The notes beneath the pieces were generated by a model. That model did no database searches. It was not told the origin of the DNA and was given only the letters and a program-made list of their open reading frames with translations. Positions 40,837-50,314 of a stretch of DNA of 64,000 nt are shown here, one piece after another; the first letter of the stretch is position 1, and every line of letters begins with the position of its first letter. Made by a program: the position numbers and the translations under genes. Source of the stretch: a virus (lineage: Duplodnaviria > Caudoviricetes); the IMG/VR virus record IMGVR_UViG_3300029288_003882, positions 19,913 to 83,912 of that record; one strand, written 5' to 3'.

Positions 40837-40987
40837 ACCGCCGAATCGTGCAAAGTTTTGGTCTTATCGACATCGACACAGGATGGGCAGCAGGTATTCT
40901 GGGAATTGGTGCAGGATGGCTTTTGTTCGTGATCGTCGGCGTGGGAACAACCGAGGCAGGATGGGCGAAAAGAAGGGCAACGGACGA

Positions 40988-41203
40988 TCATTTTTTCACC
41001 TTTTCTTGGCGGGAAATCTCACGTTCGAGATACCATTTTGCCTTTTTCAAATCTTCTATTGCATCACCTTTTTTGCCAGATCGGGCAATATATTTAACAA
41101 CATTGCCCAAATGAAAGTTTAAAGCCCAATCTTCAATAACGTCGATGACTTCGAATTTACCGGAATTATAATGCGACGGGTGGTTAACTTTGTTGTCGGT
41201 CAT
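40988..41203 (-). CDS. DUF3310 family protein (T7 gp1.7-like)
   Basis: VNHPSHY..EVIDVIE..FHLGNVVKYIAR.GKK..EDLKKAKWYL signature. Confidence 0.9.
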   Translation of the reverse strand: MTDNKVNHPSHYNSGKFEVIDVIEDWALNFHLGNVVKYIARSGKKGDAIEDLKKAKWYLEREISRQEKVKK

Positions 41204-41351
41204 CCCAATGCCTCCGATATTTTCTTGTATGCAGAATATAATGCAGCTTGTTCTTTTTTAGGATAGTTCGCTGTTCCAATTCCCATACGATCATCCAATT
41301 CAGCACGTATAACCTGCAATTCTAAAATTGTGAATGATATTTTTTTTTCTG

Positions 41352-41561
41352 TCACTCTTTCACCTTCAGGTGTTTTAGGTGCCAGTTGGAAGCTGCGACA
41401 AGAGTTTTTCCGCCGGTTATGGCACCCATATTTCGCAACGTGTTAATGTTTGAGGACAGGGCAGGGTAGGAAATTCCGGTCGCTTTCAAGATTTCTGGTC
41501 GTGAAACGGGTCCAGAATTGCGGATATACTCGTAGACTATTAACGATGTTAGCGGGCGCAT
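41352..41561 (-). CDS. Winged-HTH DNA-binding protein
   Basis: YIRNSGPVSRPEILKATGISYPALSSNINTL. Confidence 0.7.
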   Translation of the reverse strand: MRPLTSLIVYEYIRNSGPVSRPEILKATGISYPALSSNINTLRNMGAITGGKTLVAASNWHLKHLKVKE

Positions 41562-41585
41562 AAAGTGAAATCGTTTTAGGATTAT

Positions 41586-42776
41586 TTAAAAGATTGCGTC
41601 GTATACTGTCATGAAGCCCCAAAGATTCTTATTGTGTTCGGAGGTCAAGTTGAAGGACGGTATCTTATCGGCGTATCGCTTATAGAATTTAGAGGCAAGG
41701 AAAGAGGAGGTGATACGGGAGGTTTCGACATCGCCAAGGTCGATTGTATATTTATGGAGGACGGGAGGGGTAATGTCGAAAAGGGATGGGTCAAGATGTC
41801 GAACGATTGTCTCACGGACAAGGTCGGCATATTTGCCAATTTTTAGGAAAGAATCGTTGCACTCGGCAACGACGGAAAGGTAGGCGTAGGATGTGAATGG
41901 GTAAATAACGTCTTGAAATTGATTATACCACTGGGCAGTCCATTCACCTTTGAGTGGGCAATATTGGAGCCAGCGATTGATGGGAATGTTATCACAATAA
42001 TGGAAGTTTTTGTAGTTGGGATAATTGCGGGATGGATAATCGAATATTTCACCGCCGTAGGAACCGGAGATTACGGTATAATCACGTTCAAGATGGTATG
42101 GGACAAGATCACGCCAGAAATTCATCTGACCAAACCACGTATAGAAGCCGTTTAGAGGGCGATCTTTATGACCGAGGTCATATGGGTTTAAGGAAGGCAT
42201 TGGAAAGGTGGAATAGAATGAAGGAGACCAACCTTGTTTTTCCATTATCAGGTTAAAAAGTTTTTCTTCTGGCTCGTGGCATCGGAAATGGATATGAGGT
42301 AAATCTTTCTTGAATTTACGAAGCATCAAAGAATTAATGCGTGAGTCATACCCACTGGAATGAAATACGAGGTAATGGTTTTTAGACGAAAGAACAAAAC
42401 TGAAAAAACGGTCTAAGGCACCTATTAGTTCGTCGCAATAGTCATCTAATGAATTAACGGTGGGTGTCTTATCTTGCAAGATGTGGAGGTGGGAGGGAGA
42501 GGTCAGGAGGATTTTCTCGGCAGGCGAAGCGAGACGGATTTCTCGGAAGGGCGTTTCGATATAGTTGCGTCGCTTATAGTTGGGATTCAGGTAATGTTCG
42601 TCGAAGGTCAAGGAAGGGAGGGAACGAGCGACATCAAGGATATTGGTGGACGCCTTGTCATTGTCACCGATAAAGATGATGGACGGATAGCAAAGAGGGA
42701 AGGAAGCGGACTTTTTACCTATAAAGCGCATAAAGTGGGAATGTGGGTTTGGAAATTTATACTTTATGCTCATCAA
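41586..42776 (-). CDS. Asparagine-synthetase-like ATP-dependent amidotransferase (synthetase domain)
   Basis: PP-loop HSSGYDSR, ISGSYGGEI, VIYPF..YL. Confidence 0.7.
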   Translation of the reverse strand: MMSIKYKFPNPHSHFMRFIGKKSASFPLCYPSIIFIGDNDKASTNILDVARSLPSLTFDEHYLNPNYKRRNYIETPFREIRLASPAEKILLTSPSHLHILQDKTPTVNSLDDYCDELIGALDRFFSFVLSSKNHYLVFHSSGYDSRINSLMLRKFKKDLPHIHFRCHEPEEKLFNLIMEKQGWSPSFYSTFPMPSLNPYDLGHKDRPLNGFYTWFGQMNFWRDLVPYHLERDYTVISGSYGGEIFDYPSRNYPNYKNFHYCDNIPINRWLQYCPLKGEWTAQWYNQFQDVIYPFTSYAYLSVVAECNDSFLKIGKYADLVRETIVRHLDPSLFDITPPVLHKYTIDLGDVETSRITSSFLASKFYKRYADKIPSFNLTSEHNKNLWGFMTVYDAIF

Positions 42777-43266
42777 CGTAATGGGATAATCCGTGGAAGT
42801 CTGTGTGACCCAAATTTTCAGGTAAATTAATGGTGCGGGAATCTTCCATCATACGACGGATATAGGAATGTCGGAGGACGTGGATGTGCCTCTTTTCTTT
42901 GGGTAAGTTTAAAGAGATTGCAATGTCGGTATAGATACGTTGCATTTGCCGTTTAGACATACGGTCAGATTTGTTGGAAGAAATTAAAGGACTTTTCGGG
43001 TCTTTACCAGATATATGATGGGATAAAATACGTTTCAATGATCTGGAATAAATGGGTATTGTCCGACCTTCAGGATGGTATTTTGAGGAAGAAACACGAA
43101 TATCGGAACAATCTGGTGATATGTCTTCAACGTTGAGTGCAGATATTTCACCCACTCGCATACCAGTATCGATTGCAAGACGTAAGATCAAATGGTCACG
43201 GTGATGTTTGGCACTATCAAGAACTTGGTTAAGTTGTTCATCGGTTAAGGCGTTCATAGATGACAT
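42757..43266 (-). CDS. Minimal tyrosine recombinase (catalytic domain only)
   Basis: TGMRVGEISAL (R), SSK (K), HVLRHS (HxxR), LGH, SHY (catalytic Y). Confidence 0.88.
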   Translation of the reverse strand: MSSMNALTDEQLNQVLDSAKHHRDHLILRLAIDTGMRVGEISALNVEDISPDCSDIRVSSSKYHPEGRTIPIYSRSLKRILSHHISGKDPKSPLISSNKSDRMSKRQMQRIYTDIAISLNLPKEKRHIHVLRHSYIRRMMEDSRTINLPENLGHTDFHGLSHYVDEHKV

Positions 43267-43467
43267 TATTATTCTGATAAGTATATAACAGTTTTGGATT
43301 TTGGTAACCTGCTGGAACTTTCCGGAAAATGGAAGAGTTATCAGTTTTCTGGTTTTTGGGAAGAGAAATGCATCTCACATTCCCATCTTCCACGGCCGAC
43401 CGCCACAGGAAAAAAGAATTCTTTTTGGGAAAATTTCCGCCGCCGACGGGTGATCACCGTGTCGTCG

Positions 43468-43571
43468 TTGTTGTCGTTGTGCTTAGAGTGTCATCACATC
43501 TGTTATTTAGTGTCATAAGGATGACGTTATATTTATATACAGGCTTCCTTAAGAACACCAACACACAACAA
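43468..43571. repeat. Imperfect ~100-bp dyad centred at ~43519
   Basis: Arms TTGTTGTCGTTGTGCTTAG and CTTAAGAACACCAACACACAACAA; central GTCAT-AAGG-ATGAC. Confidence 0.55.
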
Positions 43572-43614
43572 AGATAACATTATAATAAAAAGAATATATC
43601 GACCTTGTTGTAGG

Positions 43615-44259
43615 TTATCCTTTTACTTCATGCGCCTCTATGTCTATTACCTTTTTTTTCCTTTGCATCTTTTCTCTAACTTGCGCCACTAAATCTATCT
43701 TGATGTTGACGTTAACACCAGGCGTTTTGCCATCCTTACCGCCCACGTTCAACACCTTTTCGCCTGATTCTTGTATCTTGATGATCTTCTCTATAACGTT
43801 AGCAACTTGTTGTTTATCTTTGGCGGTTAGTTGTGTTTCTTCTTGCGTTATGTCGCCCTTATACGTTGCGACCGTGAACGTTCTTCCTTCATCGACCTCC
43901 TTCGATATTAATTTCTTTAAGTCTTGCATTGCTTCTTGGCGGATGTTAATGCCTTGTTCTTCGAATTCTTTATACTTAGCAATAAGATGCTCTTGACGGG
44001 CAGCCACCAATGCCTTCAAACGATCTGGCGGGAGGCTTTCAAGAAAACGTTTAACGTGACCGGAATTTATTTGCCCACCTACTGGCATCCTTTTCGTTAG
44101 TTCGCTTGCAATATAATACACACTATGACCTTCCACAACCCACATGCGTATAACGTCATCTTCAAACCCGTGGATTTCCACGGTGGTTGGTTTGTGAGAC
44201 GTCGGCATGTCGTCCGCCAGGCTTCGTTCTACCATATTTTTCATAATATGGATTTGCAT
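43615..44259 (-). CDS. Probable terminase small subunit
   Basis: N-terminal HTH (IRMWVVEGHSVYYIASEL), central coiled coil, C-terminal GVNVNIKIDL..VIDIEA typical of TerS. Confidence 0.6.
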   Translation of the reverse strand: MQIHIMKNMVERSLADDMPTSHKPTTVEIHGFEDDVIRMWVVEGHSVYYIASELTKRMPVGGQINSGHVKRFLESLPPDRLKALVAARQEHLIAKYKEFEEQGINIRQEAMQDLKKLISKEVDEGRTFTVATYKGDITQEETQLTAKDKQQVANVIEKIIKIQESGEKVLNVGGKDGKTPGVNVNIKIDLVAQVREKMQRKKKVIDIEAHEVKG

Positions 44260-44383
44260 TTAAAAAACTTTCTATCGGTATTTACATATGTATAAAGCCG
44301 TTATCGACATGTAAAATATTGTAATAGAGTTCCTTGTTAGCGACATGTAAAGGGTTGTAATAGACAGATAAACTTTTGTTATA

Positions 44384-44827
44384 CTAAGCCTCTTCGCAAC
44401 GTATATTAAAAATAGCCGTGTGATTTTCCGTCCTCTTATATCCCACCACAATTTTTGCCTCGTAGATATATTGCCCATCCACCTTAGGCATTTCGATGAC
44501 AATAATCCCGTTACCCAAATATTCTGCCCTTTCTTCCGAAAAATTGAATCCCCTTACCTGTACCTCCCAAATGTTTTCCTCTGCCCTCATTTCCACCAAC
44601 CAAGTATTACTACCATTCCAGCATCCCGTAAATTCTGCCTTTCCAAACGTTATATTCACATCGTTTTCCCTTTCGTCCTTTTGTGTCATATTTTCCGATA
44701 CATCTTCATACGTCTTCTTTTCGTCATTCAATCCTTCGTAATGGGTGACAAGCGACCAAGCGCCCACCAGCATAAAGACAACGATAGAGCACACCGATAT
44801 TCCAATCAATAATTTTAATGCGTTCAT
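44384..44827 (-). CDS. Membrane-anchored hypothetical protein
   Basis: N-terminal TM helix LLIGISVCSIVVFMLVGAWSLV. Confidence 0.6.
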   Translation of the reverse strand: MNALKLLIGISVCSIVVFMLVGAWSLVTHYEGLNDEKKTYEDVSENMTQKDERENDVNITFGKAEFTGCWNGSNTWLVEMRAEENIWEVQVRGFNFSEERAEYLGNGIIVIEMPKVDGQYIYEAKIVVGYKRTENHTAIFNIRCEEA

Positions 44828-44866
44828 ACCATCACAATTCCCTTATGGTTATATAAAACTTTTATA

Positions 44867-46606
44867 ATGTCCTATCTTGATGCATTTCCGATAATTATGC
44901 CAGTAACAAAGTTAATCCTGCCTTCGGCATCTTTTGATACCGAGTCCGCATTAGCCTCCTTCGCCCTATGTAAGCAATATTTCCCAAAAGAAAAACCTCG
45001 CCCATATCAAGCCGAAATTATCGGTGTCCTCCGTGACGCATTAACCTCGCCCCGTTTCCGGTACATTTTCCTCCAACTACCTGTCGGTGACGGAAAGTCC
45101 GTCATTGCGACCACACTTGCCGAATACCTCGTCCACGAAATGAAGCAATCCTACTACCTTCTTTCCCCCGATCTTGGCTTAACTGCCCAGTACCTCCGTG
45201 ATTTCCCTTTCCTCCGCGAAGTTAAGGGACGCCGCAATTTCTTCTGTGCCCACCACAAATTCCGAAATCGCACCTGCGACCGGGCTCCTTGCGTAACCAA
45301 CCCACGATTCCACTGCGAAGCATCCAAAATTTGCCCCTACCTCATCCAGCGTTCCCGTGCCTCCGGATTCCCCTCCGTCGTTTCTACACCCGCATACATC
45401 GACCACGCAGTCGGTGGCGAAGCATTCACCACCCGTTCCCTTTCCATTCGTGATGAAGCCCACAAATTAGAATCCTTTTACCTATCCTTCCACTCAACCT
45501 CCATCACCCAGTCCGATTATGAAGACCTCTTTCCAGGTATTTCCTATCCATTATATGACGACCCCACCTTCTGGAAAAACGAGATTGACCACATCTATTC
45601 CACCCTTTTTACCAAACTGGAACTTGCGTATGAACAGCAAGATCACCGCACAATGGAACGATTCTATGACCTAAACGAAAAGGTAAAATCCCTCCAATTT
45701 CTCCTCCGTGAAGCTAAAAATGTTGTCGTCGATGTAGCCCAAGCACGTCATTCCGGTAAATATTACACCCAATTCCGCCCAATCAAGGCAAGCGCCATCG
45801 CCAAGCCAATCCTTGACAAAGTATCCGAAAAAACCCTCTTTATGTCCGGCACATTTTTGTCCATAAATGACCGTCTTGATGAATTAGGAATTCCACCAAA
45901 TGAGGTGCTTTATATTAATAAAACGGTAACATCCTTCCCACCAGAAAACCGTTCCATCATTTACCTTCCCCAAGGTTCTATGTCCTTCAAGCGCCGTGAG
46001 AAAACCCTCCCCAAAATAATCGACACCTGCCTCCGTATAATCCAGTCCCATAAAGACCAGCGCGGTGTAATCATTTGTGGCTCCCACCAAATCCGTTCCA
46101 CCATCTACAATGCATTAACTCACCTCCACAATCCCGACCTCCTGATCACCCACAAAAGCGACGATTTTTCCGAAGCAATCGATTCATTTTTATCCCACCA
46201 GACCCTTCCTCAAGTCTTCATAACTACCCGATTTGAAGGCTTAGACTTTCATGACCGCATTGCCGAGTTCCTAATCTATGTAAATCTTCCCTACCCACCT
46301 CCTATGGACAAACAAATCCATTCCCGCCTCCTCCTCGAGCAAAATACCCACCTCGAAAACGTCCACTCCTCCTGTAATCCTTCCATCGATGAATTTGGTA
46401 GTTGCCAAAAAGCCGTTTATTGCCACAATTGCAGGCATTGGTATGACTTGCAAGTAGCCACCGCAATCCAACAGTCCTTTGGTCGTATCATTCGTACCCC
46501 CACCGACATTGGGACGATCTACATTCTCGATAATCGTTTCAAGAAGTTTTTTGGCGAAAATGAAGACATGTTTTTATCCTACAACCGTTCGTCCATAAAA
46601 CTTTGA
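44867..46606 (+). CDS. XPD/Rad3/DinG-family SF2 helicase
   Basis: Q-motif PRPYQ, LPVGDGKS, Fe-S-type Cys cluster, IRDEAHKLE, FEGLDF, QSFGRIIRTPTDIG. Confidence 0.92.
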   Translation: MSYLDAFPIIMPVTKLILPSASFDTESALASFALCKQYFPKEKPRPYQAEIIGVLRDALTSPRFRYIFLQLPVGDGKSVIATTLAEYLVHEMKQSYYLLSPDLGLTAQYLRDFPFLREVKGRRNFFCAHHKFRNRTCDRAPCVTNPRFHCEASKICPYLIQRSRASGFPSVVSTPAYIDHAVGGEAFTTRSLSIRDEAHKLESFYLSFHSTSITQSDYEDLFPGISYPLYDDPTFWKNEIDHIYSTLFTKLELAYEQQDHRTMERFYDLNEKVKSLQFLLREAKNVVVDVAQARHSGKYYTQFRPIKASAIAKPILDKVSEKTLFMSGTFLSINDRLDELGIPPNEVLYINKTVTSFPPENRSIIYLPQGSMSFKRREKTLPKIIDTCLRIIQSHKDQRGVIICGSHQIRSTIYNALTHLHNPDLLITHKSDDFSEAIDSFLSHQTLPQVFITTRFEGLDFHDRIAEFLIYVNLPYPPPMDKQIHSRLLLEQNTHLENVHSSCNPSIDEFGSCQKAVYCHNCRHWYDLQVATAIQQSFGRIIRTPTDIGTIYILDNRFKKFFGENEDMFLSYNRSSIKL

Positions 46607-46607
46607 G

Positions 46608-46833
46608 TAAAAAAATATTATTTTATGTGCATCACGCAAGTCTGCGCCTACACATCACGGGACATTAATATAATAATATAATAAATATATTAATTAATAT
46701 ATATATATATTATAGACTAATCTATTAGTAAAAGCGTTAACTAACTTACGTCTATACGCATATAGCATATAAGCGAAAAGAACACACTTGTATCCGTCTT
46801 CTGACGTTGCACACATAAAAAAATATTTTTTTA
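46608..46833. other. Candidate replication origin: AT-rich core bounded by 22-bp inverted repeats
   Basis: TAAAAAAATATTATTTTATGTG (46608-46629) vs the reverse complement of 46812-46833, one mismatch; (AT)n core; between the helicase and a wHTH gene. Confidence 0.5.
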
Positions 46834-46932
46834 TTTCCTACGTCGATTTAAAGTATTTTGATGAATCTTTTTTTATTTTTATCAAAATAGAAAATCTTTT
46901 TATATTCCTATAACAATTTACGTCCGATAACT

Positions 46933-47433
46933 ATGCCAAAGAATAATGAAATCATACAAGAAAAGTGCCCGAATTGTGATCGCCTCGAGAAACTTTTTAT
47001 GAAGTACCGAACTTCTACCAAATATTTCATAATGAAAATCTTTGAAGATAAATTACCTCGGAAGATGAACACGATATTCCACGATTTTGGTGAAAAATAT
47101 CCAAATTTAATTCACCGTGCAACTGTGGTTAATGCCGTAAACACCTTGGTTTCTGAAGGATTTCTCAAACAATCAAAAGACGTTAACATTTATTATCCAC
47201 CTAATTTGTATGGTGACACCGAAATCACCTTCGACATGCTTGAGATAATAATTGCGCTTCATGATCGCCCGCTCGTTCTTGAAGGTCTTGAAAAGGTAGT
47301 TTACGACAAGGTGGATTATTTCGATGTCGCATTAAAATCTCTCTTGTCTTTAGGTATCGTTCGTGAGGTTCCCCTGCCTTCGAAATTAGGTAGCAATCAA
47401 ACATATCCAGGTGTTGAACTGGTGATAAAATGA
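46933..47433 (+). CDS. Tandem winged-helix protein (initiator/regulator candidate)
   Basis: HRATVVNAVNTLVSEGFL and VALKSLLSLGIV wHTH-like segments. Confidence 0.55.
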   Translation: MPKNNEIIQEKCPNCDRLEKLFMKYRTSTKYFIMKIFEDKLPRKMNTIFHDFGEKYPNLIHRATVVNAVNTLVSEGFLKQSKDVNIYYPPNLYGDTEITFDMLEIIIALHDRPLVLEGLEKVVYDKVDYFDVALKSLLSLGIVREVPLPSKLGSNQTYPGVELVIK

Positions 47434-48549
47434 ATGTTATATTTTTCGGGATGAGAATGTTTCCCGAGTTATCCAAAACGTTCATCGACCTTGAGTTCTA
47501 CCGTTCAAATGTAATAAACGGCGAAGACGACGCAATTAAAATTACCGAGTTTGACCCAGAACATACCTTACTTTGTTTTATGAATGTTAACGCTTATCTT
47601 GACGAATCTTGGAAAGAAAAGATACGATACGCAAGGTCTGTGGATATGGGTGTTCGATACTTCGAAGATTTATCACCTTGCCCCAAATGCGGCTTTCCCA
47701 AGCCAGATCACCAGATAATGCATGACGAATGCAGAAAGAAGGCTAAGAAATGAAGACATTAAAAAAATGCAAAAAATGCCCGCGTCGTTCGATGTGTTCA
47801 AAGGGCAAATCTGCCCGTGGATGTCTTGTCCCAAAGATACATATCACCGAAAGGCAAATCGATTCCGCGAGGCTATATTATCGTGAACGTATAGCATCGA
47901 TATATGAGATATCACGCAATCCTTATAATCAGGAATCTTTTGCCGAACAGTTCGGCGTGCAACGACGACATGACGATTTTTGGGGTGTCGGAATAGTTTT
48001 TTCTGCGCATGTCGAACTATGTGGTAAAATATCTGGTCAAATAGATTCTTTTTATTCCAAACCCATAATAAAAAAGATATTTGACGAAGTTGCCCGAGAA
48101 TTATCAATGCAACGTGCCGACTTCGAAGAACAATTAATTATCGGTGCAATCCAGAAGTATGAAAATTCCTGTGAGTTCGATGTATCACGTTATGACATCT
48201 TGGTTTATTCTGGTGAACCTGACAAAACGGCGATACGTGATAAGAAATTGAATCATACGATTTTTACCTATACGGTGATCTGGACTGGATATATGTGGGT
48301 AATTTTCCAATTAACCTCCGTGGATGTGGTGCAATGAAGATCACCAAAAAACTAATCGTCGAGATAGATATTGTAGTCAACGACGACAATCGGTTATTTT
48401 GTGGTGGTGGTTGTTATTTTCTAACTTGGGATTCCGAATCGATTAAACCTCTTCCGTCTTGCAGGTTATTCCGCGAAAGGCTTAAATTCACGAAGCAAAA
48501 TCATCTCATCATGCGTTGTGATGACTGTCAAAAAAGATTCGGTGATTAA
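47430..48549 (+). CDS. Three hypothetical genes (47430-47753, possibly nucleoside-deoxyribosyltransferase-like; 47750-48337; 48334-48549)
   Basis: Coupled ORFs; EKIRYARSVDMGVRYF resembles NDT/DUF4406-type C-termini (weak). Confidence 0.5.
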
Positions 48550-48550
48550 T

Positions 48551-49444
48551 ATGGTTGGAAAAATCGTCAAAGACATATTTACTCGGAAATGGATAATTGA
48601 GAATTCGGTCGACGTATTAGCCAAAATTGGTGAGGCTTGCACAGTTAGACACTTGCATTATAAATTGGTTGACCGTGGTATGACGAACGATATAAAACAC
48701 TATATGCGAGTGGTTCAGGCGACGATTGAAGCGAGATGGAATGGGTTAATTGCGTTTGACGCCTTTGTAGATCATGAAAGAGAAAAGTTGGGCAATACCG
48801 ATTATGAGGAAACAGATGTCAACGATAAAATTGCCTCGGCAAAATGGTCGATTGAGGCAAGCATGAAATACTACTCAAAGAATCGGTGGGAAAACCAAGA
48901 CGATTACTTGGAAGTCTGGGTTGAGAAAAAAGCCGTCATTCATATTTTCCAGGATGTTTGTAATTCTTTGGACGTTGCTTTATGCCCGTGCAAAGGATAC
49001 CCATCTTTGACATTCATCAAAGATGCCTCCGAGCGATTTCAGGAAGCCCAATCGGCTGGTAAAAATCTTTTCATCATATACTTTGGCGATTATGACCCCA
49101 CGGGCGAGGATATCCCAAGATCGATAAAAGAAACGTTCGAAAAATTCCAGGTTGTTCTTGATGTCGAGCGTATCGCCTTAATTGAAGATGTCGTCCGCAA
49201 ATACAAATTACCTCCAGCACCTGTCAAGCAAAAAGACCCAAGAACTCGAAATTGGGACGGAATGGGACAGGTTGAACTTGATGCATTAGAAATGTCCACG
49301 CTTCGTACCATGTGCAAGGAAGCGATTAATTCACATCTTGACAAGGACAAGTATGAAGAACTAATGGAACAGGAAGCCGAAGAAAAGGAACAATACAAGG
49401 AAGAACTTGTTGACTTCGTTAAACAACTCGCCAAGAAGATATAA
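48551..49444 (+). CDS. Topoisomerase VI subunit A/Spo11-like (CAP+Toprim) protein
   Basis: TVRHLHYKL (putative catalytic Tyr), YLEVWVEKKA, KGYPSLTF, IIYFGDYDPTGEDI (DxD), VELDAL. Confidence 0.82.
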   Translation: MVGKIVKDIFTRKWIIENSVDVLAKIGEACTVRHLHYKLVDRGMTNDIKHYMRVVQATIEARWNGLIAFDAFVDHEREKLGNTDYEETDVNDKIASAKWSIEASMKYYSKNRWENQDDYLEVWVEKKAVIHIFQDVCNSLDVALCPCKGYPSLTFIKDASERFQEAQSAGKNLFIIYFGDYDPTGEDIPRSIKETFEKFQVVLDVERIALIEDVVRKYKLPPAPVKQKDPRTRNWDGMGQVELDALEMSTLRTMCKEAINSHLDKDKYEELMEQEAEEKEQYKEELVDFVKQLAKKI

Positions 49445-49456
49445 GCCCGTGCAACA

Positions 49457-49783
49457 ATGCTAAGATTACACATGACGAACGGACAAACGGTCCTTACGAC
49501 GATTGATAATTTAACATCATTCGATAAAGACAAGATAATAGACATCGAACCATTAGGAGGAATGCGTTTGTGCAATTGCATACAACAGATAAAGGAAAAG
49601 ACAAAAATGGAATACGAAGACGCTGGGCATTTTGACGTTTCGATAGTGATAAATCCCGAAACTCATACCAGCATATCAAAAGTTGGTTTGCGGTTCGATT
49701 ATAAAATCCACGGTTCGAATCGTCGAGCACATCACACAATCTTTGGCGATTATTGCCCATTTTGTGGTACTAAGATAACTTAA
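49457..49783 (+). CDS. Hypothetical Zn-binding protein
   Basis: CNC..YCPFCG motifs. Confidence 0.5.
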   Translation: MLRLHMTNGQTVLTTIDNLTSFDKDKIIDIEPLGGMRLCNCIQQIKEKTKMEYEDAGHFDVSIVINPETHTSISKVGLRFDYKIHGSNRRAHHTIFGDYCPFCGTKIT

Positions 49784-49801
49784 AATATCCTGACCTCAAT
49801 T

Positions 49802-50314
49802 GTGGTAGATATGCCGAAATCGGATAAATTACTCGCAATGTTAGAACACTTGTCCGAACCCTACCGTGCCCAAGCCCTCCATCTTTATGACAAATACAAT
49901 ACCGATTTCCGTTCCGTTCCATCCTCCAAAGATTATCATGGTGCTTATGTCGGCGGAAATTATGATCACACTTTCGACGTTATGAAAAATTGCAACGTCG
50001 TTTATTCCTTCTATCTTGCGTTTTGCAAAGAAAATAATTTACCTATAAAGTTTTCAAAAGATAAGTTAATCTTTGCCGCGTTCTTGCATGATTTTGGAAA
50101 AATATACCAAATGACCAAGAAACCATATATACACCATACCGTTTGGATATTTGAAATACTAAAATCGGAAAATATCAAGATAGATAACGACGTTGCAACA
50201 GCCTTAAGAATGCACCACGGTGGTTATGGTGATCGTGCAGGCGAACCCAACGAGATGTCCATATTATTGCATTGCATCGACATGTTGGCATCAAGATTTT
50301 TGGAGGTGAAATAA
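49802..50314 (+). CDS. HD-domain phosphohydrolase (YhaM-like)
   Basis: YHGAYVGGNYDHTFDV, FLHDFGK, MHHG, LHCIDMLAS. Confidence 0.88.
   Translation: MVDMPKSDKLLAMLEHLSEPYRAQALHLYDKYNTDFRSVPSSKDYHGAYVGGNYDHTFDVMKNCNVVYSFYLAFCKENNLPIKFSKDKLIFAAFLHDFGKIYQMTKKPYIHHTVWIFEILKSENIKIDNDVATALRMHHGGYGDRAGEPNEMSILLHCIDMLASRFLEVK

Noticed and set aside
41913-42830. Plus-strand ORFs (41913-42155, 42474-42830) in the G-rich zone
   Set aside because: By-products of the local strand skew, opposite a motif-bearing minus-strand gene.
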